A DNA stretch of 63,983 bases, filler included, from Basidiobolus ranarum (Eukaryota): NCBI GenBank assembly GCA_040143965.1. It is 4 parts of 4 records of this genome, joined end to end, with 100 filler letters (N's around TTAATTAATTAA, not from the genome) between each part and the next. Parts side by side here need not be neighbours in the genome. Positions count along the whole stretch, not along the records: positions 32,823 to 49,111 come from JASJQH010000347.1; positions 49,212 to 63,983 come from JASJQH010000411.1; 2 more parts are not named here. The stretch is one strand, 5' to 3'. How positions within the stretch are numbered: the first letter of the stretch is position 1; each line of letters opens with the position of its first letter. This document shows, in pieces, positions 38,775-51,148 of the stretch. Below the pieces are notes generated by a model, which saw only the letters and a list, made by a program, of their open reading frames with translations, had not been told where the DNA came from and made no database searches. Both the position numbers and the translations under genes were made by a program.

Positions 38775-40594
38775 ATGTCCCCTAACGAGGTGGTTTCTTT
38801 GAACCTCCATTCTGGAGAATATATCAAAACTTTGAACAAGATCGGCGAATATAGGTACGAGAGGAAAATTCGGAAACTCAAGGTTAAAGCACGTTCAGGT
38901 AACCATTTTCCTTTATCTCTGGAGTTTTACGTTTGAGGTTATGGAGCCTATCCCTCCATATACTTTTATAAAATAAGGAATTAACGTCAGTCTCATTCAT
39001 GTTAACTCGTTCCTTTTTCCCTTGTAGAACTGGATTATCACGAATGGACTAAGTATAACTATGCTAAAAACGATTATTGGATCCCACTAGCTAAAGATAC
39101 ACTATCACGAATCGATATAAAACAATATTCTTTACAAGAATTCATAACGAAATTCGAGAAGCCTAACCTCCCTGTAGTCATCACCGGTGTAACCAAGAAA
39201 TGGCCTGCAAACAAAGAGTGGACCAAAGAGGTAAACATATAAAGAATCGTTTCTTTAGTAACTTCAATAGAAGTAGTAAACTTACTTTCCTTGGTTGAGA
39301 TATAGGCACTTTTGAAAAATTACGGTAGTGAGAAGTTCAAGATCGGAGAAGATGACGAGGGGGACCCAGTTTATATGAAGATGAAATATTTCCTCCGTTA
39401 TTCTGAAAATGAAGGGATATCTGATGATAGTCCATTGTATATTTTTGATAGTAAATTCAATGGTCCACGTAAGAAATCCAAGAAATCCAAGCCATCATCA
39501 CTCGATAACGAGCCAGTGGCCAAAAAAGCGAAGCTCAGTGAAAACAAACACCCAAAGATGAACCTTTTGGATGACTATTCTATACCTCATTTTTTTGAAG
39601 ATGACTTGTTCAGTCTTACAGGACAAGGACGCAGACCACCTTATAGATGGATTGTAATCGGTGGTGCTCGTAGTGGCACTGGGTAGGTTGAACTCTACAG
39701 TTGATTATCTAGAAACGGTATATCAGATGCTTACATCCAACGGATTAAATTTTAGAATTCACACTGATCCACTGGGTACAAGTGCTTGGAATTCCTTAGT
39801 ATTTGGACACAAGAGGTATGCCCTTACGAGCCACAGAATAGAAATTTCATTCTCTAACATGTTCAACCTAGATGGATTCTCTTTCCCCCAAATGTCCCAA
39901 AAGCCCTTGTAGACCCACCTATGAAACCATTCGATAGAGAAGCAGTCAGTTGGTTTACACATGTCTACCCCAAATTCCAGCAACAATCGACTAATATTCC
40001 CGGGAAAACATTGGGTGATGAGCATGGAATGATTGAAGTAATACAAAGACCAGGAGAAACGATGTTCGTTCCTGGTGGCTGGCACCATGTGGTTATGAAC
40101 TTGGGTAAAACATACATGGATTTCATGAGATAAACGTAACACTCACATATATCTTTATCTCATCTACTCGGTTAGATTTTACGGTAGCAATAACACAAAA
40201 CTTTTGTTCACCCACCAATCTGGAAGCTGTATGGCTAAACACTCGTAATTCGAGGCACAAGTTGGCGCGTAAATTACTGAAGGAGTTGGAGCAATTAGGC
40301 TCCACTGGAAAGACATGTCAAGTTAAAAATCTAAGCGCATATCCACCCAAATACTTTAGAGAGTTGGCACTGCTTATTCATTCACTTGAATTTGTCCCGT
40401 CTCTATGTCCTAGTAGTGACAGTAGCTCGTCTAGCTCAACCTCCAGCTCTGAAAGCGAGGATATCCCTGTTAGTGACACCTCGTCGGAAACCGATGGTAG
40501 TGACGGTGAATGTAGGTGTTGCAAATGTAAAAGAAAAAGAAAAAGAGCGGCCATTAGAAAATCGAATCTATTGCAGGCCCATTACCTTTCGTAA
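38775..40594 (+). CDS. JMJD6: JmjC-domain dioxygenase, JMJD6 (PSR) family, multi-exon
   Basis: KIRKLKVKARSEL..W; KFKIGEDDEG..MKMKYF; DDSPLYIFDS; RRPPYRWIVIGGARSGTG/IHTDPLGTSAWN; QRPGETMFVPGGWHHVVMNL; AITQNF; poly-Ser tail. Confidence 0.93.
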
Positions 40595-41340
40595 TAATGC
40601 ATGTGTCGATCAAACCACTTCCATATCCTGTAAGCTACCATTGCTACTTGATTATGCGGACTAGATTTAGTAACAGCGAAGGCAAATAATGAATAAAAGC
40701 GTTTGTTTATGTGAAGACCAAAAATGGATTTCCTTTTGGTGCAGTCTTTCCGTCACTGTACCACCGCTTGAAATCTCCTATTCGTCAGCCTCAGACCAAA
40801 TTTAGGAACCAAGCCGATGAGTAAAACAATTCCATTGGTAAATGATGACCTATTTAAACGGGACTTTGGGTACCGTATTTACTTCAGCAACATGGCTATT
40901 GGCTGACTTGATGAGCAGCTTAAAAATATGATTTTCCCATTGAGACTCGTTTGCATAACGCAAGTAAAATTCGTGACAGGCACTCCATATCGGATGATGC
41001 CTATTCCGCTATCGAAGATATTAGACCATCTGGATAGGCGTTTTAGGCGTCTATGATTAATAATGATCGAATAGGTGATGGGTAAAGTTTAAAGTGATTA
41101 TAGGTAATGTAATATAGGAAATGGGGATAATACGACTTTTTACTCGATAAGTAAGCTTTTATTTCATTGAGGTGTGACAACTACTAGGAAGGTTGACTCT
41201 GGTCCAGACGTTATATTATAATATTGCATGGAATAATAGGATGTTTTTTCGAAATTTATTAATCTTTGTGCAAAACTAGTTCCGTTCCTCTCATTTTCCC
41301 CTTGTTCGCTCTCGCATGTCCTAAAGTTACTACCACACTG

Positions 41341-42929
41341 ATGTTATTTTCCTCTTCCTTCCTTCCCGCATTTGTGTTCCTTCTAAGCACTTCTACTCTG
41401 ATAAGCAGCTCTCGGTTACAGCAGGATTGTACCTACCTTAGTCAAGTTTTTTACCCAGCGTTAAACGGACATTCGTGGTTCAATGACTCCCGTTGGGAGG
41501 ATTCGGATTCTGATAAATGCTGTTCTTGGTTCGGGGTAGAATGTAAAGTAATCTTCGAACTTCGGGTGTATGGACTGTATGTATTTGCGATTTCTGTAGT
41601 ATATGAATTTGGGATGACCATAACTGAACTATTTCTCTACAGTAATCTACCGAGCAACAATCTCTTCGGTGAATTCCCTAGTGATATAGATAAACTTGAT
41701 GGACTCAATTATTTGTAGGTTTTCTTCTTGTGTATTTCCCCCAACTTCAAACTATAAGGTTGAACCTTTTTTTTCCACAGAAAATTAGACGACAATCATA
41801 TTTTTGGAAGAATACCACCCAACATCAATCGTATGACTCAACTTCAATATATGTAAGTCACTGAAGAGAGTATTTCTTATTCCCCATATCTTATTGACCG
41901 ACCTGTTAGTTCCTTGGAAGGCTCTAAACTTAATGGCAGCATACCTGACGAGTTTTTCACCCTAGAGTTGCGACATGTGTAAGTTAATCCAGTTTGGTTG
42001 AATGTATCATGCGTGCCAGGGTATTTATTATTTGTGCCAATTTATCACATTAGCAATTTCAATTACAACGACTTGTGGGGTGAAATCCCTGGTACTCTCC
42101 GAATCTTCAAAAGTTATGATTACTTGTAAGTAGTGATTAGTCCAAGAATCGAGCATTTCACCCTTTTCTTTTAACTAATAACGTCTTAGTGGATTCAAAG
42201 ATAATCAGCTACTCGGCAAAGTTCCCCCGTTCAATATGTCTGATGATTCAGATGGTTGCGATTTACGAGGAAATCAATTTACGTGCATTTGGCCTGGTGT
42301 ACCTTCTTCGTGGCGTGGAACATCAGATCTCGTCTCATGTGGTACGCATAGTAATTTTATTGATTGGCCCTTAGGATCACATGCTAACCTCGGGTATTGA
42401 TAGAATCACTGTTGTCTGATGGACCATCCCTCAGCGATCTTCTTAAAGTCGGTGTAAGCATTGGAGTGGTGCTAATCATAGTGGTGATTGTGGCCTGCCT
42501 ATTGTGTAGAAGAAGATACAGAAGACGACAAAAAACTTCACCAAGTGGGTGATTTCATAGTAGTGGATGGTTTCTTCCGAAAGATTTAAACTAACTCATC
42601 TGATTGATTTTTTCACTCGAATTTTAGATGTACTGGCTTCTACAAATGAATTAATCGAATATCCAGCAAAGCCTGGGGACGCCTACTCTATCGATTCGAC
42701 GAACCCAGCCGCTGGTAGAGTATATCCCGTGTTGGTTACTGGTGTGGCTTATCGTCAAGGTAAAGTTCAACGAGACTTTTTCCCTGAGAACGAGGAGCAA
42801 ATTGAAATCCGGGTGGGTGAACAAGTGCTAGTGAAGCAGATACGTCCCGATCACTGGGTGTACGGTAGAAATTTGAATCGTAACGAGGAAAAGGATGGAT
42901 TATTTCCGTTGAAGTGTGTTTCTTTATGA
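41341..42929 (+). CDS. Single-pass receptor: signal peptide, LRR N-cap, ~5 plant-type LRRs, TM helix, cytoplasmic SH3 (8 exons)
   Basis: Exons 41341-41576, 41643-41714, 41781-41852, 41910-41978, 42054-42125, 42190-42341, 42404-42544, 42628-42929 splice in frame; CCSWFGVEC cap; LxxNxLxGxIP repeats; TM VSIGVVLIIVVIVACLLC-RRRYRRR; SH3-like DFFPENEEQIEIRVGE..DHWVYG..GLFPLKCV. Confidence 0.88.
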
Positions 42930-44301
42930 TACTTCAATTCTTATTTAATCGTTAGGAACTCACCTTGAAACGAAGGAAAGCTAACTAAACTTTTGAGTAT
43001 ATTTGTATGCATGTATGTGAATATTTCCCCCCTTTCTTTTGTACAACTTTATTTCACCTATTTAAGCGTTTTTGTTGAAATCATCATTAATTAAAGGACA
43101 AAATGTGCTAGTTCTAATGATGCAGTGATCTCTCAACTTGACCGAAAGGCTCTAAGATCTGAGGAGATGGAAGAGGCCAAATGACTTTGAAGCTACCATC
43201 CACTTGAGAAATATTGATGGAGGGTAACAACAAAGTATCCATGGAGTAACATTTGAAACAGGATTTCAAAGTCAAGTTGGTGTGAATACGAATAAACACT
43301 AGAGGTGACAGGGTATTGAACATACGATGGTGTAGCTTACTGGAAGATACATGGCCGCTACTAAAGAAATTAATTTACTGCCATTTAATACCTGTCACAC
43401 TTGCTTTTAGACACATTTCAAAATGGTTTCATTTTAAGTTACCTCTTATATGGTCACGTTGACTCAAGTTTTACTATTAACTGGTTTAAGCACCTTAAGT
43501 TTAACGTGGTAATCTATTTATAATTCGATACTATGAAAACTGTAAAGTTATAATTAGCACAATCCGTTTCCTCTTAATTTTACCTTCAAACAAGGTCTTA
43601 GATATATTTCAGTCTATATTTGATACTAATCCGATTGTTATTGTTACAAACCTTAGAATGCTAAAAGAGCTATCCGGATCTACACAAGGCAGAACAATGA
43701 GTAGGGGGATTTTAAAGGTAAAGCAAGAGAATTTTTTGAGAGTTCTTGGAGATGGTTACTTTTGTAATTTTTTTGTACTTTTAGTCGATTTGATTGAAGT
43801 TTCTTTGAGTGGCTCAATGCTGAAGAATAGCAACAAATGTCATTTTAGAAGCATCAATTTTATTTCAGTCTTGCTGAGGTGTATTTTCATTGACTCACTT
43901 GTCTGATTACCTAAGCAATATCATGACCCACTGTTTAATAACATGTTTATGTCATGTCAGTGTTTGAGTCATCTATGGGGTAGATTGCCAACTCTGAAGA
44001 ATCGAATCAAGTGCCAGTATAAGTTGGCGAAGAGAAACTTGAAGTCTTGCTAGCGATCACATAGAGAGAGTAGAGTAGCTGAGGGATATTGCGAAATTTT
44101 AATATTACTAACAAGGGTAAGCCTTGTTTTGCTATGAAGAAATTTGATTATTTATTGATTAATGACAGAGTTCTTTATGTAATGATAATCTAAAAGAACA
44201 AATAATATATTTGTAAAGATTGGCTATTGTTTTGTCAAGTAACGAAACGAGACCTACTGTCTGGGTATAAAATCTTCTATCATATTGCTTGATGGCCTCT
44301 T

Positions 44302-45273
44302 CTATATCAACTTCAGTACCTCTGGTTCTTTGTTGACCAATGGTTCAGAGCTACTAGATATTTTGGCACATTCTTCGGTATGTGGCACCAGGTACTTGTG
44401 AACAAACCAGCGGTGAACTGACGGCTTCTGATCTTTCTCAAATATACGGTGCTCCGAGTAGAAATAGTCGCTGACAAAATCATTTTTTATCATTGTGACA
44501 ACTATTCTTAGGGCGGGATCGAATGCGAACGCCACCGAATTTAGGATGCCCTGTAAAGACATGGTGTAGATCGACATTTCCACCAAAGTAACTGGGGTGT
44601 TACCAATATTGATGTCGATACAGGACTCTCCGCAAGTTAGTAATAATACAAATGCGATCGCAAAAGGCAGCTGAGACACAATAAGAACGCTAGGGTAAAG
44701 TAGTATGCGAACCACTGCTCTGCGTACATTGACATCGTTTAGAGTGTTACCCTGTCTTCCTTGGTCTCTTCCGCCGTGCTCACTACCGTTCAATCTATAA
44801 ACTATTACAAGTACTACAGATATGCAATACGTGACTGCTACGAAGACCACGATGGGTAGTACTAGAGAGGTGGTACGTGCACGATAGATTCCGGAGAGAA
44901 CTGCGACAATCAGTCCCAGACCTAATGAGCCAAACACGTAGAAATATTCGTAGTACATTGATACCCGCTTGTTGTTTAAAAAGATCAGTTGCAGGTTCAA
45001 TGCTATATTCATAGTCAAAAAAATGGAGCTCAAATCCACGCCTAAAGCTATCACTCGTAAACACCTGGTCACGAATACAGAATCGGTGAAGGAGAAGCCT
45101 ATCAAAAGACCACTCAATATAGCATCAAGGGTTGCAATGTAAGCGGTCAAACGGAAAGACATTCGATCCACCAGAGTCTTACGGTAACATCTTATCCCTA
45201 TGATGATGGATATCACCAAAATCGATGCAGCGATGGAAAGCGCGTTCAATACTACGATTCCTACGGCTACCAT
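44302..45273 (-). CDS. Intronless 7TM GPCR-like receptor (cAMP-receptor/Git3-like superfamily)
   Basis: About seven hydrophobic segments; DRMSFRL, NIALNLQLIF, RILLYP and SLQGILN..F..DP motifs. Confidence 0.85.
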   Translation of the reverse strand: MVAVGIVVLNALSIAASILVISIIIGIRCYRKTLVDRMSFRLTAYIATLDAILSGLLIGFSFTDSVFVTRCLRVIALGVDLSSIFLTMNIALNLQLIFLNNKRVSMYYEYFYVFGSLGLGLIVAVLSGIYRARTTSLVLPIVVFVAVTYCISVVLVIVYRLNGSEHGGRDQGRQGNTLNDVNVRRAVVRILLYPSVLIVSQLPFAIAFVLLLTCGESCIDINIGNTPVTLVEMSIYTMSLQGILNSVAFAFDPALRIVVTMIKNDFVSDYFYSEHRIFEKDQKPSVHRWFVHKYLVPHTEECAKISSSSEPLVNKEPEVLKLI

Positions 45274-48200
45274 TTGGTCGTGTGCTTCTATTCTCTAAGG
45301 ATGTAGAAAGTAGTAGATATTTTGTGGTTCAAACAGACTGATTCATGGATACCGGAAATTCAGCCGAACCTCCGGATTATAAAGTAATTCTCTGTCATGT
45401 CCGCTGTAGTCAACAAGCGAGCGTGATTGAGTTCCGCATCAATTGCTAAACGTACTGTTGTATAACCAGTGGATGGGATCGATACAATTGGCCTACCATC
45501 GAGAGTGGATTGGTCCGTAAAGTAAAATGAATCGTATCAAGAACCTAACTAACAAGCTCTGCTGTATTCAAGTGGACAAGTATTACAATCATCAAGCTAT
45601 CCCTCGCACATTGGCATCTGCGTTAATTCCGAGTTGCTACACTGTTGCTCCGACATGTTCATGCATACACCAAGTAATAAATAAGTGAAATAGGGGTACA
45701 TCGACTCTTACGTTGCTATTCTCGGTTTCTACTTTGATTGGCAGGTTAATTTCTGAAGCAAGAAACATTTAATCATCCTCGAATTGTTATGTACATACGG
45801 CTCCTTTCAAGACGATGCAAGCAAACCTATCGGCACTGGCTCTTATTGTGAAACAGTCCCAGATTTTTTTATCCGAATTCCTATAGCTTGGAATTCTACA
45901 TCAGCGATAGGGCTTGATATGTGATACCAGAGCTAAGACTGATCGAAGTGAGAGTATTTTGATTGGAGAAGATACTAATGATCGATAGCATGAAAACGAT
46001 GTATATGTTTAATAGACGCTTGAGGTAGGGATAGGAATATGAGGGAGAAGGTTTACCATGAATTCCACAGGCCAAGCAAAAATCTAAACAACGGATAGAG
46101 CCACCAGATATTGAATTGGTAACCAGACTCCATCTTGAAAAGTGACTAAGTTTGAGTTACTAACAGAAGGAATTCACTCCCGGCCCAGTTTATGGTCTCT
46201 GCATGGTATGAGCGGGATTTTCATACTCATCTAGTTGAGGTGCACCGAAACCGAGGATAAACCGGATGCCATTCATTAAGTGACAACCCAAGACTATCCG
46301 AGAGATGATGCATGACATCGGAGTTTGCACATCCGCATCGATCCTTAATTACATAATACGGTTGCTGGTTTTGAAGGCTACAGCAAAGAGTGGCGAGCTT
46401 CTGATACGGGAGCAAAAGGAAAGTGTACATTGCTAGTTTTCTTTAAAAAATGTTCTTGGCCGTTCCTGCATTGCATACGGAGGCATTCGATTCATAGTTT
46501 AAGCAAAAATCATATATCAGCAGATTGTTCGTATTTTCCGGTCTATTTAGTCTAGAACAGACAATTTCAGATGTCTTACCGTCTGTGAACATATGTGCAT
46601 CGACCTTGTTCCAAGTGTATTTATTGGATTTGATTTAGTTTTCTTGTTTGGTGTCAGCAACTCTATAGCACTAAACTCAGTTGTTAGCATTGCATAGATC
46701 GCGCTTCTACTTTACGAGCCTTCCTAGTAAGCCTATTGATGCACACCAAGTTTTAATATCCAAGACTGCAGTATGGCATGAGCTCGTACGGAGTAATCTA
46801 TAGTTCATCAGTCGATCCGATAAAGTTAGCGTTCGTACAGTGGCTGAATAAAGTATCCACTTGCCACCAAACTCTATCTGTTTCGGTAAATCAATATCCA
46901 CATTATCCATATGCTTCTTATCTAACCACAATCTTTGCGCTCTTTATTGTTCCTTTGTTTTGGATTCTCCACCATTTAATACTACTGGACTCTTTCATGT
47001 AATTAATGGTCACGAGCACAAGAATCCCAGTGTTTAATCCAAGGAATCATTACTGGGTTCTGAAGCACGCTTTAAGTTATTCTGGCCACACTGGTTACTA
47101 TTTGAATACTCTGAGACTGCTGGTGGTTGGGTTATTCGAAGTATGTGGCTTAACACAATAACACATTAAGATGGGAATGGTATCTAAGCTATCTACCTAC
47201 TTGCTGACTCATCCCCCTGATCCTTAGTGCATGCTCACTATAGTGTCTGCCCATACTGATGTATCAATATAACAAAAACATACAAATGCAGTAGCAAACT
47301 TTACTTTGGAGCAATATATCTGACTGCCCAGGATTTAATAATTTAAGAGTACTTCATTATATTATTGCGCTTTGTGGCTTTGCCATCCTCCAATTTCTAG
47401 TAACAACAGATTCAGAATACCAATAAGATCAGCTAGTATAACGTAATTTTATTACTATTATATAGTGTGTATCAGATAAAGAGATCCATTCTTAAATTTT
47501 CAAATAGTTAGGAACTGCCTTTTGCAATATTAGTTTGATGCCTGCATAATTTACGCATCTAAAATATTGAAATGTTAGGGTCAAGTATTCAGGTATTATG
47601 TTCAAGACAATTAGTGCTTATTTACTCAATAGCTCAAGTTCAACATGGATTTTCATTGTATCTCAGAGAAGTCAAAAGAAGACAAATTGCTCAAAACGTG
47701 TATGACTACTCTAGCTTTTCTCTTAACTTCCTTGGTGCTCTAATGGCATATATTTGACCATACATTCTACAGATAAGTCTCAATTCAATTAGGCAATAGA
47801 TGTTAATCCTATATATATTGAGATCATCCCCAATTCTTAAAGGAATTACTGCAAAGATATATTAGAAGTTCAGATGACATTGTAATGAGAAAAATCACTT
47901 CATTTTGTATTAAGTAGCTTGGCCTGTTCATTACACTCTACATTAAAAGTTTAGTGTTGTGATAACTACACAGGATTGTTTTTTGTTACTTAGCTGCTGC
48001 TAGCCAACAAGATACCCTTTCTTTTATAGCCTATCTATTACAAAAGTACTTGCTATATCATGATCATTCAAGCCTAATTGGAGCTGATTATATTTAATTG
48101 ACTGAGTGTTACACACTCTTATTATCATCCAAATATACCAAGTGGTAATCTAGAACTGTTTGTAGTCATAAATAAGAGATTGCAAATTACTAATAATGCA

Positions 48201-49111
48201 CAATTTTTATAAAGCATTAGTCACTTGTCAATAATGGTGGAACATAACCAAACCAACAAGCATTCTTTTTGTGAAAGATTCCAAGAGTAAATGGAAGCAC
48301 TGCTCCATCTATGCTTGCCCTCCATATGCTGCAGCTACTGTATCTATTGGAGTAATCATCAGATATATTGAGTACTACACCCTAAGCAACAAGATTCAGT
48401 GTGGCAACATATATGTTGCTATTTTCTTTGGTAACAACTAGTCAAATCTCCTGTAATTGTATTATAGATTTGCCATATCACAAATATTGCATGTCAATTC
48501 AAAGTAAAAATCCTCACATATAAAAATCCTCTTAACTTCCACCCATTTTCCTAATTTAAATATCTCAGATAATGATGCTTCTTTTAAGTAGAATCAATTA
48601 GTATTTTATTTGATTGCAAGAGCTGAATATCTAGAGCCATAGTAGGATTAGACAACTTGAAACTACTGGACTAATATAGCCTTGAATTGTAGATCACTAT
48701 CTTGGTCATACAATTTCAGATACTGTTCTGGAAGTATGGTCTTGTACCCTAGCAAAAATAGAATCAATTTGATCCGGATCAGATCCACCTTTCTGGATTG
48801 CAAAACCTTCAGACAACCATCACAAGATTGATGGCTTGCATTCTGCCAGGGATTTTGATGGTGTGACAGTGGCTTCTTGACAGTGTTTCCATGGTATTCA
48901 TACATAGTAAAATATTGATCCTCATATTTGGCATGCATTATTTAATTTCCAACAATTTTTGCAAAAAACCATTTTTCTAATGGCAAATTATTGGGTTTAC
49001 TGCTGTAGGAATATGAATTAATATACATGCCTTTATTTAGATATTTTAGGCTTTGTATTCCAGCCATAATGAGAATCAAAAAATACAAGAATCTTGTTGT
49101 GTTTAGTCTCT

Positions 49112-49211
49112 NNNNNNNNNNNNNNNNNNNNNNNNNNNNNNNNNNNNNNNNNNNNTTAATTAATTAANNNNNNNNNNNNNNNNNNNNNNNNNNNNNNNNN
49201 NNNNNNNNNNN
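49112..49211. other. Artificial contig spacer
   Basis: N44-TTAATTAATTAA-N44. Confidence 0.97.
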
Positions 49212-50548
49212 ACAAAATTAAGGGAAATCAAAACTCCATTCCATATTTCTGGGCGGGTTTGATTATCAGTATGCTTGGTGCTTGCAAATTTGGTTTAGAT
49301 GTCTTTTGTGAAAGAATGAGTAGTAGTACTATCTTCGCAATGGACATAAATACATGTCACCAGAGTCATTTCAAACTTACTCTTTGTGGGTTAATTTTGT
49401 CTTGTGCAGGCTTGATTATTTCCGTATGTACTGTACTGTTCTAAACATTCAGTGGTTATTTTTCTAATTAGACTTATATATATAGCTCTATTCTATCGTT
49501 GCTCTCCCATTATACCATTACCAGGTCTCTCATCCATCTAGTAACTCTTGTACCACCTGAAGAGAGCTGAGCAAGTGTGCTGAAGAGAGCCTAACTGATT
49601 AAAGTGTGGGAGCATTTCTCGATGTAGCTCAACAATCCGTAGATACATATATATTACATATTCAGTATAATTACATACACTTAATCTCGATTAAATAAGC
49701 ATTTATACATTCATCCGAACGTAAACAGTAGTGATATATCTCAGTAGGAGAGGATTCATGAATGAACATATTATGCAAAAAGGAATGGATTACATATATT
49801 TTTCTGTATCGGTGGAATTTGATGCGAAATACACAAATCCTATGTACACCCATGGGTAATCTTTCTATATAGATTATCAACTATGGTATTATCATCTATT
49901 GCATTGTTGAAGTTACAATAGTAAGAGGCCGAAAGATGTTCCAATTATACACCAGAAAATATTCCTTCAATTCGATAATAACGATTAAATCATGTGGACT
50001 CAACAGGACCCAATCTAATAGTGACCTAAAGTGGCTAATCAGTCCACTTTGGCTTCATAAAAATATCGTCGGAACCCTTGAAATACAGCCTCCTGTCAAT
50101 GCTTAAATTCCTCATATATTGCATACCATAACATAAACATCTCTTGTCGTATAATGTAGAGCTTCTGAAAACTTACTACTTAAACCTTCCTTCATTACGA
50201 GCATGATGATGTTTACTTTGGCATGAGCTTATTCTATCTATATGTCCTCCTGAATGAGGATTCCGTTTATAAGATACAATTTAGGTATATTTCCACGTCA
50301 TAGTTTGTATTATCGACCTCTTGAGTAATTTTTCATTCCATACGCTCTTACTATATATATTAGCATAAAAGATCTGCTACCTCCAGAACTGAAGCAAATG
50401 ACAAATATCGAAACATGTGGGTTGAACCATGACCTAAACTAATTGATTATCCTATCTTAGCTTGGCTCGACATATATGGTTTGGAATCAGCATGGAGCTA
50501 TCGGAATCCTTATATAACGTCATTTTCTTAACAGGAGTATTGTCAGTC

Positions 50549-50602
50549 AAGTACTAAGCTATATACGACTATATAGGTGTTTAGGCAATGCTAATTTCCA
50601 CA
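50549..50602 (+). mobile_element. Truncated 3' end of the solo-LTR-like element
   Basis: aagtactaagctatatacgactatataggtgtttaggcaatgctaattt almost identical to 20603-20651. Confidence 0.75.
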
Positions 50603-51148
50603 GGGACAACACTAACCTTGGTGAATACTGGCATTTATGGAATCAACCAGTGCATAAGTCTTTCAACCGCCATACTTACGTACCATTTCGACGTGCTGGC
50701 ATATCTCCCTTTAGTGCTATGCGTGTGATCTTCTTTATTTCGGCTATACTTCACTAATTACTTATTGGTACTCCCAGACACATTGTATCAGGACTAGTTT
50801 TCTAGGGAATGTTGGGACAGATTCCAATGGTAATGCTAACGGGAATGATCACTTAAAAATCTCCCACCTCTAGTGCCGGGAACATTGTATTTTGGGTTTC
50901 CTTCTGTATCGTGGGTCAACCTTTCATGTTTGTCAGTTACTACTATCAATGGAATAAGAAATACTATTTAAATAATTAAATTAATCGCTTCATGTGTAAA
51001 CATCCTATCCAGACCTCTGCTGCTCTCTTCCAATACCCCATTCTGACCATGCATAATCGTACAAACAATAAATCGGATAAATCTTGTTCATTAAGTCAAC
51101 ATGATAATGGGGAGAAGTTTCCCTAGAGTTTATTTTCAGCCAAAGTTA

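Noticed and set aside
46400-49111. AT-rich tract with ORF fragments, possibly a transposase relic (also ~20700-21800 and ~54400-54950)
   Set aside because: No recognisable DDE, RT or helicase motif and no termini found
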